Source: a virus
Direction: 5' to 3' (one strand)
IMG/VR virus record: IMGVR_UViG_3300029190_000103
DNA length: 64,000 nucleotides
The notes under the pieces were generated by a model, which made no database searches, was not told the DNA's origin, and saw only the letters and a list, made by a program, of their open reading frames with translations. Each line of letters opens with the position of its first letter. Within the stretch, counting starts at the first letter, position 1. Below are positions 56,146 through 64,000 of this stretch, piece after piece. The position numbers were made by a program, and so were the translations under genes.

Positions 56146-56708
56146 TGGCTGAATATCAACTAATGGAGTTCGATGAAGAACTCTTTTTACATGACCTATT
56201 GGATGGTCTAGATCATGCTATGATAAACGCAATTCAAGTTGTATTTGGAAGTCATCCTTATTTTGATGGCAATTCAGAAAAAACACAAACAATGAGTGGA
56301 ATTGAATATGATATCCACTCAACAGATTTCAAGGCATGGATACTTGAATATGGCAAAGGTAAATACCTAGATGAAAGCAATCCATATCTTGATGAATATA
56401 AGAATTCTTTATACTGGAATTCAAAACGTGAATCACACGGAAACGCAATCTTATACAGAGGGAATGGTGTGAATTACTCACAGCTTGATTATCAATCTGG
56501 TAGTGGAACTTATGAAGCTACTGGTGTTGGAAATCCAGACTTGGAAGTTCCTGACTGGGCGCAAGGTGTTAGACCTTCCCCATTTATTGACAAACTTTTG
56601 AAACAAGTTTGGACATTATTCAAGACAGATAGTATTGAGATTATACGGAAAATGGAAGATGCCGCTGACAACTATTTCAGACCTAGTTCTTCTAATACAT
56701 TAAGGTAG
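56145..56708 (+). CDS. tail completion/head closure candidate (187 aa)
   Basis: Synteny. Confidence 0.35.
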   Translation: MAEYQLMEFDEELFLHDLLDGLDHAMINAIQVVFGSHPYFDGNSEKTQTMSGIEYDIHSTDFKAWILEYGKGKYLDESNPYLDEYKNSLYWNSKRESHGNAILYRGNGVNYSQLDYQSGSGTYEATGVGNPDLEVPDWAQGVRPSPFIDKLLKQVWTLFKTDSIEIIRKMEDAADNYFRPSSSNTLR

Positions 56709-57197
56709 GTGTTCATTATAGTAGACTTTAGAGATATATTCGTAAAAACTTTTGTGGCATTAGCCAACGACAGCGAGCTTATAAAGCTTTTAGATATTGA
56801 TTTAGCGGAAGTGACAGATAGCAATGAACGCATGGGTAAGATACGAGAGCAAATAAAGGAATCTATAAAACCTAACGACATCTTGAATAACAATAACACA
56901 CGGTTATGCATACATCCCGAAACTGGTGAATGGCAACCTAGTAGACAGGTAATCAAATACCTTGCTGTAGATGTACATATCACTAATGACCGTGACGAGA
57001 TTGATAGACGTGCTAATAAGATTGTAAAAAGAATTATCGAAGTGTTGGATACACGTGAACGAAAATTGCATAATATGAAGCCATTAGAAATTGGACTAAT
57101 CGGCTTGCAATACAAAAAAGATTCAGCAGAAGAATCACAAAGCAGCGGATGGCAGAAATATTCCGTTGTTTTTGAATATAGATTTTTGAAATTATAG
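56709..57197 (+). CDS. tail component candidate (162 aa)
   Basis: Synteny. Confidence 0.35.
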   Translation: MFIIVDFRDIFVKTFVALANDSELIKLLDIDLAEVTDSNERMGKIREQIKESIKPNDILNNNNTRLCIHPETGEWQPSRQVIKYLAVDVHITNDRDEIDRRANKIVKRIIEVLDTRERKLHNMKPLEIGLIGLQYKKDSAEESQSSGWQKYSVVFEYRFLKL

Positions 57198-57208
57198 GAG
57201 GAAAATTA

Positions 57209-57949
57209 ATGTCAAAATACAGATTTGGAGTATGTGACGTTATCTTACGAGAATTGATTGATAGAAGCAATGTACATATCTTTAACGAATTGCAGAAAGC
57301 TGCATTTGAATCTTCATTCTCAGCCGAAAATGTTACTGGTGGTAACCGTATGTTCCCACTTACATCATGGCCAAAGGATAAATCAGTTAAATTAACGTTT
57401 GATAATGCAGCATGCGATGTAAATATGATTCACTTAACCGAAGGTGCAATCACATCAAAGGCTTCAAAAACATTGATGAAAATTATGGAAGTATTAATCC
57501 CAACTGACGGTGTTATTACTTTAGATGAAGTACCAACGGAAGTATTAGTTGAAGGCTTTAAAGTAGCAACAGCTGATACACCAGCTAAGGGTGAATTTAA
57601 ATTAGGTACAGCTGATAAAACAGTTACATTCGCACCAGCTGATGCGGGTACAAGCGTTAAATTAGTGTACTCTTACAACTCAGGTGCAGATTCAGTTACT
57701 AACACTATTACTGAAGGTACAAAAGGTGTTCCATTTGAAGCATTTATCAATGAGAATATTTACAACGAAAATAACGAAGTAGTTGGTACTCACAATATTC
57801 ACGTATATAAAATGCAGTGTACGACTGGTACAAAGATCGATACATCTCACCAGACACCAACAGTAGAAAGTTTTGAAGCAGAAGCACGTGACCCTAAACG
57901 TACAGATAAAGCGTTATGGGAAGAAACTTACGACTGGTTCACAAAATAA
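57209..57949 (+). CDS. putative major tail protein
   Basis: 246 aa; strong RBS GGAGG; followed by a strong terminator; sits before chaperone and tape measure. Confidence 0.45.
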   Translation: MSKYRFGVCDVILRELIDRSNVHIFNELQKAAFESSFSAENVTGGNRMFPLTSWPKDKSVKLTFDNAACDVNMIHLTEGAITSKASKTLMKIMEVLIPTDGVITLDEVPTEVLVEGFKVATADTPAKGEFKLGTADKTVTFAPADAGTSVKLVYSYNSGADSVTNTITEGTKGVPFEAFINENIYNENNEVVGTHNIHVYKMQCTTGTKIDTSHQTPTVESFEAEARDPKRTDKALWEETYDWFTK

Positions 57950-57956
57950 CAACAAT

Positions 57957-57993
57957 GCCAACACCCATATGGGATTGTTGGCTTTTTTATTTA
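57957..57993 (+). terminator. intrinsic terminator after the major tail gene
   Basis: GCCAACA-CCCATATGGGAT-TGTTGGC followed by T6. Confidence 0.65.
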
Positions 57994-58003
57994 AGGAGGA
58001 CTT

Positions 58004-58678
58004 ATGGTAAAAGGACAAGAATTAGAATTAGCTGTAGGTAAACCAATATTGATATTTGATTTTGCTGATGACAAAGAAGGTAGATTGTGTAAACCATTGA
58101 CTTTAGAAAATTTAGGACTAGGAAAAATTCATTTAGCGGCCATTGACCAAGAAGATATGCAAGCTAATTTCAATGATGAACATAAATTTGAAGCTTTAAT
58201 GAGTTTACTTCAAATGACGATTATAACCGATGATAAAGATGATTTTACTTACATGGTTCAATCTATCGGTGATGATATGTTCCCTGAATTAATCAAAGAT
58301 ATCAAATATATTAGCGGTTTAAAGGAAGAAAGTGATAGTGGGAAATCCTCTTTAAATGAAAATCTTCCTATTACAAACAATCAATCTATTACAGCAATAA
58401 TTACACACACATCATACAAATATGAAGATATCATGAATTTAACGCTTAGACAGTACAAAAGCCTAGTTAGATACATAGAAAAAGAACTTTCATTTGAATA
58501 TAAGTATTCAACTATTTTCTCTGCTGAAGATCCACAAGAATACCTAACGCCAGAAGATTTTCCATTGGTTGATACATATACAGATACACAAGAAGAAGAT
58601 GATGAACCACACCGTACTACAATTGACGATTTAATTAAACGTGGTGTGCAAATTCCAGAAGGAGTTTTAAATAGATAA
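58004..58678 (+). CDS. tail assembly chaperone candidate (224 aa)
   Basis: Acidic protein directly before the tape measure gene; RBS GGAGGA. Confidence 0.4.
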   Translation: MVKGQELELAVGKPILIFDFADDKEGRLCKPLTLENLGLGKIHLAAIDQEDMQANFNDEHKFEALMSLLQMTIITDDKDDFTYMVQSIGDDMFPELIKDIKYISGLKEESDSGKSSLNENLPITNNQSITAIITHTSYKYEDIMNLTLRQYKSLVRYIEKELSFEYKYSTIFSAEDPQEYLTPEDFPLVDTYTDTQEEDDEPHRTTIDDLIKRGVQIPEGVLNR

Positions 58679-61600
58679 ATGGATGATTCCGTAAAAAGAC
58701 AAATGCACGTGGGTGTCGGACTTGATGTTACCGATGCCCAAGGTGGATTAGATTCTGTAAAACAGAAAGTAAATGATATAAACAGTTCTATTCAAGAACT
58801 CGCAAGAAGTGCTAGTGAAGCTGAAAAGACTGTCGGTAACTTATCTAAAGGATTAAACAATAGTACTAACAATACATCATCCGCCGATAAAGCTACTAAA
58901 GATTTTGTAAAAACATTAAAGAATGAAGTACTGGCTGGACAAAAAACTGCTACTCAGGCATTCCAAGAGTTAGAAAAAGAAAAACAAAGATTAACTAAGA
59001 TACTTGAAAGTGACTCATTTGATAAGAATAAAGATGCTGAAAATTATAAGAGTTTGGTTAGTGAATTAGCTAGTATCAATAAACAATTGAATGCCAGTAT
59101 GGTAGCTGAACAAAAAGCAGCTGAAACACAGAAACGTGCTGAGGTAAAAAAGACTACAGCTGAAATAAAGGCTAATTACAAGGAAATAGAAACAGCTGGT
59201 AAACAGTTAACAACTAATCTTAACGCCTCATTCAAAGCTGTAAATACTGCTTATGCTTCCAATAACAAGCTTGGGAATACAATGTTTAATACAGCTATGC
59301 AAGTGTCTGGTGTTAGACAGTTAGCAAGTGAAATTCAAAATTTAGGAACTGCACTTGTTGACATTAACTACAACACAATCAATAATCAACGTTTAATGGG
59401 AGATTTCTCTACTTCCCTACGTGATAAGTTGAATGCTAGTGCGGTTGAGATTGCTAAGAATTCTGGAACATTGATTACTGATGCACAACAAATTGAGGGC
59501 GCATGGATTCGTATCAATGACCAGTATGCTAAGTCACCTAAATTGTTATCAGATATTTCAGATACAACATCTAAATTCATGTCTGTAGGTGAAATCACTG
59601 ATGCTGAAAGTGCGGTTAAGTTGTTGAATTCTTCCCTACTTCAATTTAATTTAGCTGGTTCTGACGCTGCTAAAAACGCCGAAACTATAGCTAATAAGTT
59701 TGCATATATGGCTGATAAGACTGCAATGGGAACAGCTGATGAATATGCAGAGTCAATTGCTAAGATGGGTGCTAATATTAGAAACATGAACGGTGACATT
59801 GATGATGCTATCGTAATGACTTCTATTATTGGTGACAAGCTTGCTAAAAATGGACAAGAGGCTGGTAATGCATTAAATACATTTACAGCTTATATGCAAC
59901 GTGCCAAGACATTGAATCTGTTTGATGATTTGGCTGACCAGTTAGGTGATACTAATATTCGTATTCGTGAAGGCGATAAAGGACTGAAAGATTTTAAAGG
60001 CACATTAGAAGCCATTAGTTCTGCTTACTCACAATTAAAATCTCAGGGTGACCAGCAAGGAATGAATAAGATCATTGAGGCTTTGGGTGCAACACGTCAA
60101 CGTGCAACTGCTCAGGCTTTATTGGATGCTATTTCATCTGATGACGGTCAAAACCTTGAATATTATTATCAGTTATTGACACAAGCTACAGCCCAAGGTT
60201 CATACCTAGAACAACAGAATGAAGTATTGATGACATCATTGAAGAAACAATTCAATGTGTTTGTTGCTTCTATCCAAGAGGCTGGCATGGCTTGGGGAAA
60301 TTCAGGTATTCTTGATGGTGCTTCAATATTCCTGAAAGGTATTAATGGAATTGTTGAAGTTATAGGTAAAATACCAGCACCTATTATGAGTGCAGTAAGT
60401 GCATTTTTGGCATTAAAAGGTGGCTTACTTGCATTTGAAAAGATTGGTGACATTACTGGTTTAACTGATAGATTCACTCAGGCAATGAATGGTGGGACTA
60501 AAGCTAGTCGTGATGTTGCAGAAGCTACCGCTAAGACCACTCAGGCGTTCATTTCTGAACAGCAAATGATGTTCTCTAGTGCAAGTGCTAGTGATAAGTT
60601 AACAGCTTCATATCAAGCGCAATACACTGCTCTGAATGACTTTAAAGCTTCAATGATTGAGCATAACAAAGCATATGCTGAAGGTGCAATATCTGCTGCT
60701 GAATATAATGCTCGTGTTCAGGAGTCAACAAATGCTTATCGTAATAGTATGCAATATGGACAAATGGCAGCCACTACAGATAGTGAAGTTGCAAATGCTA
60801 AGAAACGTGTTGCATCAGCCACAAAAGAACAGAATGTTGCTGAGAATTTAAGTAATAGAACTAAGAAAGAAAAGATCGGATTGCTTGCTTCTGAGAAAGT
60901 TCAGGAAATGGCAAAGAATGGTTATACAAAAGCTGGCACTGTTGCTCAGACTGCTCGCAATGCGGTTGAAACTTTACATAATGGAATATTGAAAGTACGT
61001 GCTGTATTAACAGGTCAAGCTACTGTTGCTGAAACAGCAGATACTACAGCAAAGACAGCTGGAACGGTTGCTACTGGAGGTTTAACAGCTGCCACTACAG
61101 CCCTTGGTGTTGCCTTAAACTTCTTACTGTCACCTATGGTATTAATTACAGCTGCAATTGCTGGTATATCATGGTTGATGGGACAAAGCTCTGCTAAGAC
61201 ACAAGAATTACAAGAAGATATAGATAACCTTACAACTACTGTTAATGAGTCTAAAGAACGTATTGCTGAATTAAAAGACCAGCAACAGCGTTCAGGGTTG
61301 AGTGGTTATGAAGAACAAGAGTTAGACTATCTGCAAAAGAAAGTAGATCTTGAAGAACAATCACTTAAAATCAAGCAACAGGAAAAGAATGCTGATGATT
61401 GGTTCGGTAACCATCATACTTTAGGTAATCCTTTTGGTTTAGGTGGTTCTAATAACTTATCAGAAGATGTTAAAGATTCAATTGCAGATTTCAAAGAAGC
61501 TAAAAACGCTTTAGAAGATTGGGCAAAATATGCTGATGCAAGTGGTAAGTCAATCGAAGAATTAGGTACTGGTTTAAAAACTACAGCTGAATACACAGAA

Positions 61601-64000
61601 GAAATGAATTCCGCTGCTGCTGAATTGGTTCAGTATCGTTCACAATTAGAAGGCGCTATCAATGGTGGAATGTTTAGTCCTGAATATGCAAATCAGGCAA
61701 AAGAAATGCTTGCTAGTCTTGATGAAATATCACCTGAAATTGAAGATACTATTAATTCTACTAAAGAATTAAGTGATGCTACAGCTTCAATTGATACCGA
61801 AGGTTTTAAAACATTAACAGAGGACTTGAAGAAATCACGTCAACAACTAGAAGGCGTAAATTCTGATATATTAGAATTATCAAAGGGCAATGTAACTGCT
61901 GATTACTTACTAGATTTAGCGGATAAGTATGAAGGATTTTCCGAGGTCGCTGGCAAATCTACAAAAGAACAGATTGAGTTCTTACGTGACTACCAGAGTA
62001 AATTAGAACAAACTGTAGTTTCTTCTATTGACTCTAAGATTGATGAATTGAATAAAACCAAGGAATCCTTAGAAAACAAGCTTCAAGGATTAAAAGACCA
62101 GAAGCTTGGAATGGATGACTCTGAGGTTCTAAAGGCAACTGAAAGTTTACGTGAATGCGAGAATGAGTTGCAACAGTTAGAACTTCAAAAAGATATTCAA
62201 TTGAATATTAGTTTGAACAATGCATTAGATTTTTCTAGTTTTGTTAATTCAATGGATGAACTTGTTAACTCAACTAAAGATTTAACACAGGCACAATATG
62301 ACTTGCAGAATGGTACAGCTTTAAGCCAGCAAGAATTATGGAACTTATGTCAAACATATCCTGAATTATTGTATCAAGCTAATCTTTTTGCTGATGGTTC
62401 AGTAAGCGCTCAGGAAAGTGCTATCAATGCTGTCCTTGGGATGAAACAGCAAGAGTTCGATTCTACTATTGACCAGAAGATTGCCGAATTACAAGCAGAA
62501 AAGACAAAACTTGAAAATCAAATTGATATTGAAGGTCAACAGAAACAGATTTTATTAGATTTAGATGCTGATGAAGCCAATGGCAAGATTAATACTGAAC
62601 AACAGTTACAAGATAAATTGACTCAATTCAATAATCTTGAAATGGAGAAATACGCCCAAAAGACCAATGATGAATCTAATATGTCACAAACTGGTGCGCA
62701 AAATATGGTTAATAGCGCAGATCAAGCTAGTTTGAATATATCTAGTATGGCAGTTAGTGTTGGTAACCAGATTATGACTGCTATAGACCAAGGCGCAAGC
62801 AGTGGTGCAAACTCTTTGGCTACAAATGCAAATAGTGGACAAATATCATTATCTGCATTAGCTTCACAGGCTCATGCAACTGCTGAGGCAATTCAAGGTG
62901 CATTCCAAGGTGAAGTTAGAGGTAGTGCCAGTATTCGAGGAATGGTTGATTTTGGTAAAAGTTTAGCTGGTGCCATTAGTCAATCATATAGGTCTATTCA
63001 AAACGGATACAAAGGCGGAACATCCATCAAAGATATTCAAAATGCAAACTATAGACATCAGAAAGAAGAAGAATTAAAAGCAGATATTGAAGCCGCAAAG
63101 CTTAAGGTTGGACAGCTTAATAATGCTATTGCCAATTTAGAGGCTTTCAAAAATGCTGGTTTGTCTAATATTGCTAATAACCTGTATCCTGATAAGTCAA
63201 CTGGTGGTTCTAGTCATGCTGATAAGGCTGCAAAACAGGCGGCGAAAGATGCTGAAAAAGCTGCAAAGGAAGCCGAAAAAGCAGCCAAAGAGGCAGCAAA
63301 GGCAGCGGAAGAAGAACGTAAAGCTATAGAACAGATACGTGAATCTTACATTAAGAATGTTGAAGATTTACAGGATAGAATAGCCAAAGCATTAAAGAAG
63401 AAATATCAACAGCAATTTGATGAACGTAAGAAACTTCTTGAAAAAGAACATGAAGCACGTGTTAAACAAATTCAGGATGAAATTGACCGTTTAAATGGTG
63501 ACAGACCAGAGGATAAGAAAAATAAACTTGCTGGTTTAAAAGAGAAATTAGAAAAGTGGAAGAAAGATGACAGTACTCTTGGTAAACAGAAACAGAAAGA
63601 GTATATGGATCAAATTAAAGACCTTGAAAAAGAAATCAAGATTGATGAATTAGAAAGTCAATTAGATGACGAAAACAAGAAATTTGATACCTTGATTGAC
63701 ACTGAGAATGCTAACTGTGACAAGATACTTGCTACCCTTACCCAGAAAATGGATGATGAACACATCTACAAAGAAGCTAATGACATGATTACTAATGGTA
63801 AGATGACAGAAATCGTTGACTTGCTTACAACTTATGATGCTAAATGGGATGGCTGGGCTACCCTTATGGGGCAGTCTGCTGGACAAATAATTGCAGACCA
63901 AGTTAAAGTGGCAATGGCTAATTATGTTGATGTGTTGAAGAATTCTATAACATCCAATGGTGGTGTTTACACTAATCAAGTAACTGGTAATACATCTAAA
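58679..64000 (+). CDS. tail tape measure protein (partial; more than 1770 codons, continues past window end)
   Basis: Uninterrupted plus-frame ORF from ATG 58679 (MDDSVKRQMHVGVG...) to the window end. It is absent from the track because no stop lies in the window. Ala/Gln/Lys-rich coiled coil with a hydrophobic central segment (GLTAATTALGVALNFLLSPMVLITAAIAGISWL). Confidence 0.8.
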   Translation, partial: MDDSVKRQMHVGVGLDVTDAQGGLDSVKQKVNDINSSIQELARSASEAEKTVGNLSKGLNNSTNNTSSADKATKDFVKTLKNEVLAGQKTATQAFQELEKEKQRLTKILESDSFDKNKDAENYKSLVSELASINKQLNASMVAEQKAAETQKRAEVKKTTAEIKANYKEIETAGKQLTTNLNASFKAVNTAYASNNKLGNTMFNTAMQVSGVRQLASEIQNLGTALVDINYNTINNQRLMGDFSTSLRDKLNASAVEIAKNSGTLITDAQQIEGAWIRINDQYAKSPKLLSDISDTTSKFMSVGEITDAESAVKLLNSSLLQFNLAGSDAAKNAETIANKFAYMADKTAMGTADEYAESIAKMGANIRNMNGDIDDAIVMTSIIGDKLAKNGQEAGNALNTFTAYMQRAKTLNLFDDLADQLGDTNIRIREGDKGLKDFKGTLEAISSAYSQLKSQGDQQGMNKIIEALGATRQRATAQALLDAISSDDGQNLEYYYQLLTQATAQGSYLEQQNEVLMTSLKKQFNVFVASIQEAGMAWGNSGILDGASIFLKGINGIVEVIGKIPAPIMSAVSAFLALKGGLLAFEKIGDITGLTDRFTQAMNGGTKASRDVAEATAKTTQAFISEQQMMFSSASASDKLTASYQAQYTALNDFKASMIEHNKAYAEGAISAAEYNARVQESTNAYRNSMQYGQMAATTDSEVANAKKRVASATKEQNVAENLSNRTKKEKIGLLASEKVQEMAKNGYTKAGTVAQTARNAVETLHNGILKVRAVLTGQATVAETADTTAKTAGTVATGGLTAATTALGVALNFLLSPMVLITAAIAGISWLMGQSSAKTQELQEDIDNLTTTVNESKERIAELKDQQQRSGLSGYEEQELDYLQKKVDLEEQSLKIKQQEKNADDWFGNHHTLGNPFGLGGSNNLSEDVKDSIADFKEAKNALEDWAKYADASGKSIEELGTGLKTTAEYTEEMNSAAAELVQYRSQLEGAINGGMFSPEYANQAKEMLASLDEISPEIEDTINSTKELSDATASIDTEGFKTLTEDLKKSRQQLEGVNSDILELSKGNVTADYLLDLADKYEGFSEVAGKSTKEQIEFLRDYQSKLEQTVVSSIDSKIDELNKTKESLENKLQGLKDQKLGMDDSEVLKATESLRECENELQQLELQKDIQLNISLNNALDFSSFVNSMDELVNSTKDLTQAQYDLQNGTALSQQELWNLCQTYPELLYQANLFADGSVSAQESAINAVLGMKQQEFDSTIDQKIAELQAEKTKLENQIDIEGQQKQILLDLDADEANGKINTEQQLQDKLTQFNNLEMEKYAQKTNDESNMSQTGAQNMVNSADQASLNISSMAVSVGNQIMTAIDQGASSGANSLATNANSGQISLSALASQAHATAEAIQGAFQGEVRGSASIRGMVDFGKSLAGAISQSYRSIQNGYKGGTSIKDIQNANYRHQKEEELKADIEAAKLKVGQLNNAIANLEAFKNAGLSNIANNLYPDKSTGGSSHADKAAKQAAKDAEKAAKEAEKAAKEAAKAAEEERKAIEQIRESYIKNVEDLQDRIAKALKKKYQQQFDERKKLLEKEHEARVKQIQDEIDRLNGDRPEDKKNKLAGLKEKLEKWKKDDSTLGKQKQKEYMDQIKDLEKEIKIDELESQLDDENKKFDTLIDTENANCDKILATLTQKMDDEHIYKEANDMITNGKMTEIVDLLTTYDAKWDGWATLMGQSAGQIIADQVKVAMANYVDVLKNSITSNGGVYTNQVTGNTSK

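Noticed and set aside
59386-63979. Several 60-105 aa minus-strand ORFs inside the tape measure gene
   Set aside because: They lie entirely within the long uninterrupted plus-strand tape measure reading frame. Ala/Ser-rich antisense artefacts.

Overview
This window is an AT-rich (about 30% GC) segment of a large tailed phage or prophage of a low-GC Gram-positive host. It is organised as two divergent arms around a roughly 3 kb largely non-coding control/origin-like region (40351-43390).

The left arm (1-40350) is a long minus-strand early/replication block. It carries a DNA modification cluster (PAPS-reductase-like PP-loop enzyme, DUF4406-like protein, N6A/N4C DNA methyltransferase, RecU-like resolvase). 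It carries a DnaE-type DNA polymerase III alpha gene split into three pieces: a roughly 800 nt group-I-like intron with an HNH homing endonuclease ORF, and a separate single in-frame TGA inside a conserved motif. It also carries a DnaG-like primase, a DnaB-like helicase, a dNMP kinase, a Cas4-like PD-(D/E)XK nuclease, a Sak4-like ATPase with a possible SSB, two antirepressor-type genes, a free-standing HNH endonuclease, an SPFH/band-7 protein preceded by three small membrane proteins, predicted lipoproteins, a tandem DUF2829/Tad2-like protein and an unusual Asn/Gly-rich five-residue-repeat protein.

The central region holds divergent promoters and palindromes, a promoter-driven roughly 500 nt GC-richer non-coding stretch, a Cro/XRE-like HTH gene, iteron-like and A-tract repeat blocks, a large lipoprotein gene and a tyrosine recombinase.

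The right arm (45766 to the window end, plus strand) is a late/structural block: an ArpU-like regulator, a metallophosphoesterase cassette, a putative terminase small subunit, a terminase large subunit interrupted by a roughly 300 nt ORF-less intron-like insert, portal, scaffold, capsid, head-tail and tail genes, and a tape measure gene longer than 5.3 kb that runs off the window.

A roughly 40 nt motif (GGGGTGAAAAAAC...TCAACTATATATGT) recurs upstream of two late genes, both with TTG starts. A third core copy lies in the central region.

All functional calls rest on motif recognition by eye. No database searches were run.
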